64,000 nt of DNA. Source: Azolla caroliniana (taxonomy: Eukaryota > Plantae > Polypodiophyta). Both the position numbers and the translations under genes were made by a program. Of this stretch, positions 39,599-52,595 are shown piece after piece (within the stretch, counting starts at the first letter, position 1; each line of letters begins with the position of its first letter). Location: the NCBI GenBank assembly GCA_043228905.1, contig JBHGNT010000003.1, positions 7,936,001-8,000,000 of the forward strand, written 5' to 3'. The notes below the pieces were generated by a model that was given only the letters and a program-made list of their open reading frames with translations, did no database searches and was not told where the DNA came from.

Positions 39599-42500
39599 TG
39601 TTGGGAATAGACTCTTCTATTCACCTTCACCACTCGGCCACAACCGAGTAAGCGCGAATCGATGGAGCAGAAAATAGGAACCACAAAGAGAAACAAAGCG
39701 CGGGTACACAGGGATTAACGTGGAAAACCCTAGACGGGAAAAACCACGGGAGTATAAGACTCCAAATCAACACTATACAGAGAAGTATACAATGACGAGC
39801 TACAAGGCGACGACCTTGAGCTCGCTGTCCTCGCCACAGGCGGCGGAAATACACAGAGGCGTCTACCTCTTCGTCTCTCGCGCTCTATCTCTCTCTCTCT
39901 CTCTCACGGCTGCTCACACTTCACTCCTCTTGAGTGGAAAAACAGAAAAATGAGAAGCAACAGTAAAACTGTTTGCCCTAAGTCATATTTATACATATAT
40001 GTCTTTCGGGCTATTTACAAATATAGCCTCAAGGGCTCTTGGCAAACATATTCACAAATATGTCCCCGCATCCGGATCTCCCTCCGGGTACATTCGTCAT
40101 CCGGCTCCGTAACCGGGGTCTTCAGCATCCGGCTCCGTAGCCGGGGTATTCATCATCCGGCTCCGTAGCCGGGGTCTTCATCATCCGGCTCCGTAACCGC
40201 AACCGGGCTTGCCGTCATTCATCTCCGGACATCCCATCCGGAGGGACCGAAATCCCAACAAACTCCCCCTTCACTTCGGCATGGGATGTCTCTCCAATCC
40301 GATCCTCTTCCGGCATGTTTCCAGCTTGTCGGGTGTGAGCACCTTGGTCAGCATATCCGACCCGTTCTCGTCCGTGTGGACCTTCGTCAGTACGAGCTCT
40401 TTATCTTCTATCCTTTCCCGGATCCAGTGGTATCTACGCTGGATGTGTTTCGTCCGGGAATGGTAGGCCGCGTTCTTCGCAAGGTGGATGGCACTCTGAC
40501 TATCGCAGTAGAGCCGGTACTCCTCCTGCCGGATACCGAGCTCTCTAATGAAGTCCTTCATCCAAATTATTTCCTTGCCGGCTTCAACAGCCGCCATGTA
40601 CTCCGCCTCCGTGGTTGACAACGCAACCGTCTTCTGCAACCTCGACTGCCACGAAACAGCTCCCCCTGCATATGTCATTACATACCCTGATGTAGACCGG
40701 CTGGTATCCGCATCAGCCGACATGTCCGAATCGGTAAATCCATCGAGTTCGGGCTTACCGGAGCCGAATCGGAGGCACATGTTTGAAGCGCCCTTTAAGT
40801 ATCGGAGTATCCATTTGACCGCGTTCCAGTGCTCCTTGCCGGGATTACTCATATACCGGCTCACCACTCCGACAGCGTATCCAATGTCCGGTCTTGTACA
40901 CACCATTGCGTACATCAAGCTTCCGACGGCAGAGGCATAAGGCACTTTCATCATGTCCTCCTTCTCAGCCTTTGTCTTGGGGCTTTGCTTGCTGGACAAC
41001 TTGCAGTTTGCCGGGAGGGTTGAACCGACCGGTCTTGCTTCCGACATGTTGAACCGTTGAAGCACCTTTGTCACGTACTTCTCCTGTGACAGCCACAACA
41101 GCTTCTTCTTCCGGTCCCGGATGATGTGCATCCCTAGTATTTGCCTCGCCGGACCCAGGTCCTTCATTGAGAAGGTTCGGTGAAGCGCTTTCTTCAGCGC
41201 CCGTATCTTGACCTGGTCCCGTCCGACGATCAACATGTCGTCCACGTATAGGAGGAGTATTAGAGAGTCTCCTCCTTCGAACTTCTTCACAAACACGCAG
41301 TGATCGGACTGCGTTTTGTGGTACCCTTCGTCGGTCATGAAGGAGTCGAACTTCCGGTACCATTGCCGGGGAGCCTGCTTCAGTCCGTAAAGACTCTTCT
41401 TCAACCGGCATACCAGGTGCTCCTTCCCTTTCTTCTCGAATCCTTCCGGTTGCTGCATGTAGATCTCTTCTTCGAGGTCACCGTGAAGGAATGCCGTCTT
41501 CACGTCCATCTGTTCTACCTCGAGGTCCATGCTTGCTGCTATGCTCAGCACCGTCCGGATGGAGGTCATCTTCACCACCGGGGCAAATATCTCGTCGAAA
41601 TCGACGCCCTTCTTTTGCTGGAACCCCTTCACCACGATCCTGGCTTTGTATCTCGGGGGGTTTCCGGCATCTCCCGGTTTCAGCTTGAACACCCACTTGT
41701 TTCGTAGTGCCCGCTTTCCTTTTGGCAACTCCACAAGTTCATATGTGTGGTTCTCATGCAGGGAATCCATCTCGTCCTGCATGGCACTCAACCATCTGCG
41801 GCTCTGGGTGTCATGCTTTGCTTCTTCAAAGCTCTCTGGCTCCCCCTCGTCGGTTAGCAGCACGTGCTCTGGTTCCGGAAATCTCCGGGGGGCCCTTCTC
41901 TCTCTTAGAGGATATCTCCGTTCCGGAGCTTCGGTAACCGGTTCTTCCGATTCTTCTTCATCCGAATCCATTTCGGGATCGGGGCCGGTTCCGGTATCAT
42001 TTTCGTCTTCTTCGGCCGGTTCGGTTTCTTCACCGTCTTCGGCCGGATCCTCGAGTGCTAACCGGTCCCTTGCCGGTCGGGACTGCTCCTCGCAGAGTTT
42101 ATCCTCACCGGTCGACTTGGAGCTCTTCATCTTCTTCTCCGACTCCCAGTCGGCGAGTGTCTTGTCCTCCATGAAGATGATGTCTCGACTCCTGAATATC
42201 TTCTTGTCGACCGGGTCCCATACTCGGTAGCCGAACTCGTCGTCGCCGTAACCGAGGAATATGCATGGCCGGGTCTTTGGATCTAGCTTTCCTCTCCGGT
42301 CCTTTGCCACATGCACGTATGCGAGACACCCGAACACCTTCAGATGCCGGTAGGACACTTCCTTACCGGTCCACACTTTCTGCGGCGTGTCTCCGTCCAA
42401 AGGTACTGAGGGTGATCTGTTTATCACGTATGTCGCCGTCGACATTGCCTCAGCCCAAAACCCCTTGGGTAATTTCGCATGTGCCAGCATACTCCGGACC

Positions 42501-45036
42501 CTCTCCATTATGGTCCGGTTCATCCTCTCGGCCAGCCCGTTCAGTTCCGGCGTCTTCGGCACAGTAAACTCGAGTCAGATTCCCTTCGAGCGACAGTACT
42601 CCTGGAACTGCCCCCGGTATTCCCCTCCGTTATCCGCTCGTATCGCTTTCAGCTTCTTGCCGGATTCCCTTTCCACTCTCGCGTGGAGTTCTTTGAAGAC
42701 GCACAACACTTGGTCCTTTGTCTTCAATGGTGCCGTCCACAGCTTCCGGCTGTGATCATCAATGAATGTTACGAAGTACTGGGCTCCGCCATGTGACTTC
42801 GTTTCTACCTGACACACATCAGTGTGCACCAACTCCAATGGTGCGCTACGTCTCGTCGGTGGCCTTGAGTGGAAGGAGGTTCGGTTCTGCTTACCGGCCA
42901 GGCAATCGGTGCACTTCTCCAGGTGCACATGCTTCACTGGAATAAGGTTGTCTTCTGCAAGCCTCTTCATCCCCTTCTCACTCATGTGGCACAGTCTTTT
43001 GTGCCACAGCTCACCGGCAGTGTCGGCTGCCACATTCAGCTCTTCCGGACATAACCAGGCATTCATCAGGTACAGTGTGTTGACCTTCCGGGCCCGAGCC
43101 ACTATCAAGCTCCCCTTGCTGAACTTCATGGCACCGTTCCGGATGCTACCCGTGTAGCCTTCATCATCTAGCCTCTCGGTCGAAATCAGGTTCAGTCGGA
43201 CCTCCGGAACGTGTCGGACATTCTTCAGCAGCATTTTGCATCCGGTCGGGGTTGTCAACCACACGTCTCCTATGCCAGCAATCCGGCACGTACCTTCGTT
43301 TCCCATCCGAACACAGCCATGCTCGCCGGCTGTGTAGGATGAGAAGTATCTTCTCTCCGGGGTCAGGTGGAACGATGCTCCGGAATCGACCACCCAGGTC
43401 GTCTCATCGCCGGCAATGTTTAGTTCACCTTCTTCGGTGATGAGCATGATCTCCTCTTCACTTGCCGCGAGTGCCGTTGTTCCTTTCCGGTCCTGTCCTC
43501 GCCGATCCGAACCATTCCGGTCCGTGGCTCCCCGGTATGCACCGTTTCTCTCCGGTGACTTCTTCGAATCGGTGTTGTCGGTTCCATTGTCTTTTCGGTA
43601 ATGCCGACAATTCTTTCGGAAGTGCCCCGGCTTCCCACAGTGGAAGCATGTGGGCCTTCCTCTTGACTGCGACCGGGTCCCCGACTTCTCCCGTCTTTGC
43701 GGACTCCAGTTCCATTGTCTTCCCCGATCCGATTCGGTAAACAGCATCTTCGGGTCGGAGGCCGGTTCCTTATCTCTCCGACGCGCTTCTTCGTTCAAAA
43801 TACTTGTCTTTACCGTTTGTAGGGACAAGTTATCTTCGGTGCAGGAGGTGCTGAGAGTTACCACCAAGTTTTCCCAGCTTTCCGGCAATGTACACATCAG
43901 AATGATGGCTTGCATTGCATCCTCCAGTGGGAACTTGATCGCCGCAAGCTGGTTCACGAATCCCATGAACGTGCTTACGTGTTCCACCATACTCTCGCCG
44001 TCCCGGTACTTGAGATTCACAATCTTCCTCATCAGGGAGGTCCGGTTCAGCGCATTCTTCCTCTCGTAGAGGCCCGACAGCTTCTTCCACATCTCATATG
44101 CGTTGGTGTCGTTCGCCACATGTTGTAGGACGCTTACATCGACATATTGTCGGATCGTCGCTACGGCTTTCCGGTTCAGGAGCTTCCACTCCGACTCAAG
44201 TACCCCCTTCGGTATTTCCGACCTGTCAATCGGTTCGTACAGGTCCCGAACAATCAGAAGATCCTCCATCTTGATCTTCCAGTCGGCGTAATTCTGTGCA
44301 TTCAGCACCATCATCCCCGGCTGCCCGCTGCCGCCGCCTTCCATTTTCTGCAGCAGTTCGCTCTGATACCAGTTTGTTGGGAATAGACTCTTCTATTCAC
44401 CTTCACCACTCGGCCACAACCGAGTAAGCGCGAATCGATGGAGCAGAAAATAGGAACCACAAAGAGAAACAAAGCGCGGGTACACAGGGATTAACGTGGA
44501 AAACCCTAGACGGGAAAAACCACGGGAGTATAAGACTCCAAATCAACACTATACAGAGAAGTATACAATGACGAGCTACAAGGCGACGACCTTGAGCTCG
44601 CTGTCCTCGCCACAGGCGGCGGAAATACACAGAGGCGTCTACCTCTTCGTCTCTCGCGCTCTATCTCTCTCTCTCTCTCTCACGGCTGCTCACACTTCAC
44701 TCCTCTTGAGTGGAAAAACAGAAAAATGAGAAGCAACAGTAAAACTGTTTGCCCTAAGTCATATTTATACATATATGTCTTTCGGGCTATTTACAAATAT
44801 AGCCTCAAGGGCTCTTGGCAAACATATTCACAAATATGTCCCCGCATCCGGATCTCCCTCCGGGTACATTCGTCATCCGGCTCCGTAACCGGGGTCTTCA
44901 GCATCCGGCTCCGTAGCCGGGGTATTCATCATCCGGCTCCGTAGCCGGGGTCTTCATCATCCGGCTCCGTAACCGCAACCGGGCTTGCCGTCATTCATCT
45001 CCGGACATCCCATCCGGAGGGACCGAAATCCCAACA
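39599..45036 (-). mobile_element. Ty1/Copia (Tnt1/Tork-like) element 1, full length, TSD TATAT
   Basis: 662-bp TG..CA LTRs at 39599-40260 and 44375-45036, with no difference seen. tRNA-iMet PBS at 44371-44360, PPT at 40261-40273, TSD at 39594-39598 and 45037-45041. Confidence 0.98.
40271..44344 (-). pseudogene. Copia-1 gag-pol polyprotein with a single in-frame TGA at 42577-42575
   Basis: The 589-aa and 763-aa ORFs are in the same frame. CCHC, DSGAS protease, integrase, YVDD RT and RNase H motifs. Confidence 0.95.
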
Positions 45037-45041
45037 TATAT

Positions 45042-47170
45042 CCCGTCGACGTATACTTGGAGCTGTTATAAGCAAACTCCAAAATTGGGAGATAATGTTC
45101 CCATTTTGTTGGTTTTATACCAACATATGCTCAAAGCATGTCCTCAATAATTTGATTTACTCGTTTTGTTTGTCCATCAGATTGAGGATGATCCGTGGAG
45201 CTCATGCTCAACGTAGTTTCTAACTTCTTAAAGACTTGCGTCCAGAAGTCACTAGTAAATTTTGGATCTCAATCACTCACGATATCCATCAGTAACCCAT
45301 AAAAACGAAATAATTCGTCAACGAATTGGTAAGCCAATTCAGGAGTTGTTACTGTGGTTTTAGTAGCAATAAATCTGGCTATTTTAGTTAGTTTATCAAC
45401 CACAACCCAGATGGCATCATGGCCTTTTTGGGTGCGAGGAAGGCTAACAATAAAATCCATGGATATACTTTCCCACTTATTATTGGGAATGTCCAAGGGA
45501 TGTAAAAGTCTTGCAGCTTGAAGTTGCTCGGCTTTGTTAACCTGACATTGGTGACATTTAGTCACATAGCTATGTATGTCAGGACGCATCTTAGGCCAAT
45601 AAAATTGAGTGGAGATGAGAACGAGTGTACGATGTATTCCAGGGTGCCCTGCTGAGGGTGCATCATGGCATTAAAAAAGAATCCTCTTTTTGACCTCGGG
45701 TAAATCTGGAACACAAACCTTCCCATTACGGTAGAGCAGACCGTTAGCAATGTGGAAGTATTCCTTCGAGGATGTGGTGGTGTCTGTTCCAGACTCAACT
45801 CTTGCCCAATATTTTGTGAAATAACTGTCATCAGGATACTTTCCTCGAAGGTGATCATAAAGATATGATGATATTTCAGTGAAGCTAAGCATGTTAACTT
45901 CACGGATGCGACTTAGTGCATCAACGACAGTATTCATGGAACCTTTACGATATCGTATGGAAAAATCAAAGTCCTGGATGAGATCTACCCATCGTGCCTT
46001 ACGACCTTTCAGGTCTTGTTGGTCACAAAAATATTTCAAGGACTTGTGGTTCGTAGTTACCACAAAGCGATTTCCATAAAGATAACGACGCCATGTTTTG
46101 AGTGCATGTATAACTGCAAATAATTCCTTTTCTTGAACAGTATACCGACATTGAGCAGAATCAAGTTTCTTACTCTCGAATGCTATTGGTTTACCATCTT
46201 GATATAAGACAGCGCCTATAACATAATCGCTTGCATCGGTTTCAACCTCAAAAGGTTTTGAAGGATCGGGTAAAAGAAGTGAAGGAGCCTTGCAAACCAG
46301 GTCCTTGAGTTCCTTAAAAGTGAGGTCTAGTGTAGCATTCCACACAATAGGTTTTGTAGACTTACGTGTTTGACCTTTTAGAAGATCAGTAAACGGCGTC
46401 GTCAATTGGGAGTAATTACGAAGGGATTTTCGCAAAAACCCGACAAAACCAAGGAATGATCGAACTTCTCAAATGTTCCGAAGAGTGGGCCAAAGCTTGA
46501 TTTTCTCGATGTGAGAAGGATCAATTTCAACTCCTCGTTCGGTTATGAGATGTCCAAGATAAGTAATTGATTTCTTGAAGAACTCACATTTTGAGATCTT
46601 CGCATAAAATTGTTTGTCACACAATGTTTGTAAAACAAAGCGGACATGTTTAGCATGTTCTTGTAATGTACGGCTATAAACTAAAATATCATCCAAGAAA
46701 ATAACGACAAATTTTCCAAGTTGTTCTCGGAAAATGTCATTCATTTCTTGTTGAAATGTAGATGGAGCATTGGTCAAACCAAAAGGCATAACCAGAAACT
46801 CATAATGGCCATAGCGTGTACGAAATGCTGTTTTAGGAACATCGTCCTCACTTATACGAATTTGATGGTAGTTAGTACGGAGATCAAGTTTCGTAAAATA
46901 CCGAGCTCCTTGGAGACAGTCAATTAGATCGTCAGCCCGGGGCAATGGATACAAATTCTTGATTGTCACTTTATTCAAGCATCGGTAATTAATACACATA
47001 CGCCATGTGCCCTCTTTCTTTTTAACCAAGAGAATTGGTGCACCCCATGGAGATTTACTATAACGTATATAACCCATTCGTAAATAGTTCTTGAGTTGCT
47101 TAGATACCTCATCCTCTTCGGATCGACTTAAGCGATAAGGAGGTATACTTATTGGTGCAACACTAGGTAC
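45042..47170 (-). pseudogene. Gypsy RT - RNase H - integrase core (frameshifted)
   Basis: [30 protein letters not shown] and ISMDFI motifs. Confidence 0.93.
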
Positions 47171-47175
47171 AATAT

Positions 47176-50100
47176 TGTTGGGATTTCGGTCCCTCCAGAT
47201 GGGATGTCCGGAGATGAATGACGGCAAGCCCGGAGGCTGTTACGGAACCGGATGATGAAGAGTACCCGGCATGAAGCCGGATGAAGAGTACCCGGCTACG
47301 GAGCCGGATGCTGAAGACCCCGGTTACGGAGCCGGATGACGTATGTACCCGGAGAGAGATCCGGATGCGGGGACATATTTGTGAATATGTTTGCCAAGGG
47401 CCCTTGAGGCTATATTTGTAAATAACCCGAAAGTCATATGTGTATAAATATGACTTAGGGCAAACAGTTTTATGTTGCTACTCATTTGTCTGTTTTTCCA
47501 CTCAAGAGGAGTGAAGAGAGAGCAGCCGTGAGAGAGATAGAGCGTGAGAGAGGAAGAGGTCGACGCCTCTGTGTATTTCCGCCGCCTGTGGCGAGGACAG
47601 CGAGCTCAAGGTCGTCGCCTTGCAGCTCGCCATTGTATACTTCTCTGTGCATAGTTTTGGTTCGGAGTCTTGTACTCCCGTGGTTTTTCCCGTACAGGGT
47701 TTTCCACGTTAAATCGTGTGTCCACTCTATTTCTCGCATTTCCCATCTTCTGCAACAACGATTCGTGTGTTTCCTTGGTTGTGGCCGAGAGGTGAAGTTT
47801 GGAAAGTGTCGATTATTTTTCATCAATTTGGTATCAGAGCGGGCTGCTGCAGAAAATGGAAGGCGGCGGCAGCGGGCAGCCGGGGATGATGGTGCTGAAT
47901 GCGCAGAATTACGCCGACTGGAAGATCAAGATGGAGGATCTTCTGATTGTTCGGGACCTGTACGAACCGATTGACAGGTCGGAGATACCGAAGGGAGTAC
48001 TTGAGTCGGAATGGAGGCTTCTGAACCGGAAAGCCGTTGCAACCATTCGGCAATACGTAGACGTGAGCGTTCTACAACATGTGGCGAACGACATCAACGC
48101 ATATGAGATGTGGCAGAAGCTGTCGGGCCTCTACGAGAGGAAGAATGCGTTGAACCGGACCTCCCTGATGAGGAAGATAGTGAACCTCAAGTACCGGGAC
48201 GGCGAGAGTATGGTGGAACACGTAAGCACGTTCATGGGATTCGTGAACCATCTTGCGGCGATCAAGTTCCCGCTGGAGGATGCAATGCAAGCCATCATTC
48301 TGATGTGTACATTGCCGGAAAACTGGGAGAACTTGGTGGTGACTCTCAGCACCTCCTGCACGGAAGATAACTTGTCCCTACAAACGGTAAAGACAAGTAT
48401 TTTGAACGAAGAAGCGCGTCGGAGAGATAAAGAACCGGCCTCCGACTCGAAGGCGCTGCTTACCGAATCGGAACGGGGAAGACAATGGAACCGGAGTCCG
48501 CAAAGACGGGAGAAGTCGGGGACCCGGTCGCAGTCAAGAGGAAGACCCACATGCTTCCACTGTGGGAAGCCGGGGCACTTCCGGAAGAATTGTCGGCATT
48601 ACCGAAAGGACAACGGAGCCGACGACACCGATTCGAAGAAGTCACCGAAGAGAAACGGTGCATACCGGGGAGCCACGGACCGGAGAGGTCCGGATCGGCG
48701 AGGGCAGGACCGGAAAGGAACGACGGCACTCGCGGCAAGTGAGGAAGAAATCATGCTCATCACCGAAGAAGGTGAACTAAACATTGCCGGCGATGAGACG
48801 ACCTGGGTGGTCGATTCCGGAGCATCGTTCCACCTGACCCCGGAGAGAAGATACTTCTCATCCTACACAGCCGGTGAGCATGGCTGTGTTCGGATGGGAA
48901 ATGAAGGTACGTGCCGGATTGCCGGCATAGGAGACGTGTGGTTGACAACCTCGACCGGATGCAAAATGCTGCTGAAGGATGTCCGACACGTTCCGGAGGT
49001 TCGATTGAACCTGATTTCGGCCGGGAGGCTAGACGATGAAGGCTACACAGGTAGCATCCGGAACGGCGTCATGAAGTTCAGCAAAGGGAGCCTGATAGTG
49101 GCTCGGGCTCGGAAAGTCAACACACTGTACCTTATGAATGCCTGGTTGTGTCCGGAAGAGTTGAACGTGGCAGCCGACACTGCCGGTGAGCTGTGGCACA
49201 AGAGACTGTGCCACATGAGTGAGAAGGGGATGAAGAGGCTTGCAGAAGACAACCTTATTCCAGTGAAGCATGTGCACCTGGAGAAGTGCACCGATTGCCT
49301 GGCCGGTAAGCAGAACCGAACCTCCTTCCACTCAAGGCCACCGACGAGACGTAGCGCACCATTGGAGTTGGTGCACACTGATGTGTGTCAGGTAGAAACG
49401 AAGTCACATGGCGGAGCCCAGTACTTCGTAACATTCATTGATGATCACAGCCGGAAGCTGTGGACGGCACCGTTGAAGACAAAGGACCAAGTGTTGTCCG
49501 TCTTCAAAGAACTCCACGCGAGAGTGGAAAGAGAATCCGGCAAGAAGCTGAAAGCGATACGAGCGGATAACGGAGGGGAATACCGGGGGCAGTTCGCAGA
49601 GTACTGTCGCTCGAAGGGAATCCAGCTCGAGTTTACTGTGCCGAAGACGCCGGAACTGAACGGGCTGGCCGAGAGGATGAACCGGACCATAATGGAGAGG
49701 GTCCGGAGTATGCTGGCGCATGCGAAATTACCCAAGGGGTTTTGGGCTGAGGCAATGTCGACTGCGACATATGTGATAAATAGATCACCCTCAGTACCCC
49801 TGGATGGAGACACGCCACAGAGAGTGTGGACCGGTAAGGAAGTGTCCTACCGGCATCTGAAGGTGTTTGGGTGTCTCACATACGTGCATGTGGCAAAGGA
49901 CCGGAGAGGAAAGTTAGATCCAAAGACCCGGCCATGCATATTCCTCGGTTACGGCAACGACGAGTTCGGCTACCGAGTATGGGACCCGGTCGACAAGAAG
50001 ATATTCAGGAGTCGAGATATCATCTTCATGGAGGACGAGACACTCGCCGACTGGGAGTCGGAGAAGAAGATGAAGAGCTCCAAGTCGACCGGTGAGGATC

Positions 50101-52590
50101 AACTCTACGAAGAGCAGTCCCGACCGGCAAGGGACCGGTTAGCACTCGAGGATCCGGCCGAAGACGGTGAAGAAACAGAACCGGCCGAGGAAGATGAAAC
50201 TGATACCGGAACCGGCCCCGATCCCGAAATGGATTCGGATGAAGAGGAAACGGAGGAGCCGGTTACCGAAGCTCCGGAACGGAGATATCCTCTAAGAGAG
50301 AGAAGGGCCCCCCGGAGATTTCCGGAACCAGAGCACCTGCTGCTAACCGACGAGGGGGAGCCGGAGAGCTTTGAAGAAGCAAAGCATGACACCCAGAGCC
50401 GCAGGTGGTTGAGTGCCATGCAGGACGAGATGGATTCCCTGCATGAGAACCACACATATGAACTTGTGGAGTTGCCGAAAGGAAAGCGGGCACTTCGAAA
50501 CAAGTGGGTGTTCAAGCTGAAACCGGGAGATGCCGGAAACCCCCCGAGATACAAAGTCAGGATCGTGGTGAAGGGGTTTCAGCAGAAGAAGGGCGTCGAC
50601 TTCGACGAGATATTTGCCCCGGTAGTGAAGATGACCTCCATCCGGACGGTGCTGAGCATAGCGGCAAGCATGGACCTCGAGGTAGAACAGATGGACGTGA
50701 AGACGACATTCCTTCACGGTGACCTCGAAGAAGAGATCTACATGCAGCAACCGGAAGGATTCGAGAAGAAAGGGAAGGAGCACCTGGTATGCCGGTTGAA
50801 GAAGAGCCTTTACGGACTGAAGCAGGCTCCCCCGGCAATGGTACCGGAAGTTCGACTCCTTCATGACCGACGAAGGGTACCTCAAAACGCAGTCCGACCA
50901 CTGCGTGTTTGTGAAGAAGTTCGAAGGAGGAGACTTTCTAATACTCCTCCTGTACGTGGACGACATGTTGATCGTCGGACGGGACCAGGTCAAGATACGG
51001 ATGCTGAAGAAAGCGCTTCACCGAACTTTCTCAATGAAGGACCTGGGTTCGGCGAGGCAAATACTAGGGATGCACATCATCCGGGACCGGAAGAAGAAGC
51101 AGTTGTGGCTGTCACAGGAGAAGTACGTGACAAAGGTGCTTAAACGGTTCAACATGTCGGAAGCAAGACCGGTCGGATCGACCCTCCCGACAAACTGCAA
51201 GCTGTCCAGCAAGCAAAGCCCCAAGACAAAGGCTGAGAAGGAGGACATGATGAAAGTGCCATATGCCTCTGCCGTCGGAAGCTTGATGTACGCAATGGTG
51301 TGTACAAGACCGGACATTGGATACTCAGTCGGAGTGGTGAGCCGGTACATGAGCAATCCCGGCAAAGAGCACTGGAACGCGGTCAAGTGGATACTCCGAT
51401 ACCTGAAGGGCACGGCAAACGTGTGCCTCCGATTCGGCTCCGGTAAGCCCGAACTCGACGGCTTTACCGATTCGGATATGTCGGCTGATGCAGATACCAG
51501 CCGGTCCACATCAGGGTATGTGATGACGTATGCAGGGGGAGCTGTTTCATGGCAGTCGAGGCTGCAGAAGACGGTTGCGTTGTCAACCACGGAGGCGGAG
51601 TACATGGCGGCTGTTGAAGCCGGCAAGGAAATAATATGGATGAAGGACTTCATTAGAGAGCTCGGTATCCGGCAGGAGGAGTACCGACTCTACTGCGACA
51701 GTCAGAGTGCCATCCACCTTGCGAAGAATGCGGCCTATCACTCCCGGACGAAGCACATCCAGCGTAGATACCACTGGATCCGGGAAAGGATAGAAGACAA
51801 GGAGTTCATGCTGACGAAGATCCACACGGACGAGAACGGGTCGGATATGCTGACCAAGGTGCTCACACCCGACAAGCTGGAAGCATGCCGGAAGAGGATC
51901 GGGTTGGAGAGACATCCCATGCCGAAGTGAAGGGGGAGTTTGTTGGGATTTCGGTCCCTCCGGATGGGATGTCCGGAGATGAATGACGGCAAGCCCGGAG
52001 GCTGTTACGGAACCGGATGATGAAGAGTACCCGGCATGAAGCCGGATGAAGAGTACCCGGCTACGGAGCCGGATGCTGAAGACCCCGGTTACGGAGCCGG
52101 ATGACGTATGTACCCGGAGAGAGATCCGGATGCGGGGACATATTTGTGAATATGTTTGCCAAGGGCCCTTGAGGCTATATTTGTAAATAACCCGAAAGTC
52201 ATATGTGTATAAATATGACTTAGGGCAAACAGTTTTATGTTGCTACTCATTTGTCTGTTTTTCCACTCAAGAGGAGTGAAGAGAGAGCAGCCGTGAGAGA
52301 GATAGAGCGTGAGAGAGGAAGAGGTCGACGCCTCTGTGTATTTCCGCCGCCTGTGGCGAGGACAGCGAGCTCAAGGTCGTCGCCTTGCAGCTCGCCATTG
52401 TATACTTCTCTGTGCATAGTTTTGGTTCGGAGTCTTGTACTCCCGTGGTTTTTCCCGTACAGGGTTTTCCACGTTAAATCGTGTGTCCACTCTATTTCTC
52501 GCATTTCCCATCTTCTGCAACAACGATTCGTGTGTTTCCTTGGTTGTGGCCGAGAGGTGAAGTTTGGAAAGTGTCGATTATTTTTCATCA
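47176..52590 (+). mobile_element. Ty1/Copia element 2, full length, TSD AATAT
   Basis: 650-bp LTRs at 47176-47825 and 51941-52590 (one mismatch seen). PBS TGGTATCAGAGC at 47829-47840, PPT ~51928-51940, TSD at 47171-47175 and 52591-52595. Confidence 0.98.
47856..51930 (+). pseudogene. Copia-2 gag-pol polyprotein with a +1 frameshift in a C-run at ~50830 (RT)
   Basis: gctcccccgg here versus gctccccgg in copy 1; otherwise open. Confidence 0.95.
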
Positions 52591-52595
52591 AATAT

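Noticed and set aside
42575-42577. Programmed gag-pol readthrough
   Set aside because: The stop lies inside integrase, and the sister copy has a sense codon there.
47799-47855. N-terminal extension of the Copia-2 ORF
   Set aside because: It runs through the LTR and PBS; the shared start in all three copies is MEGGG, at 47856 in this copy.
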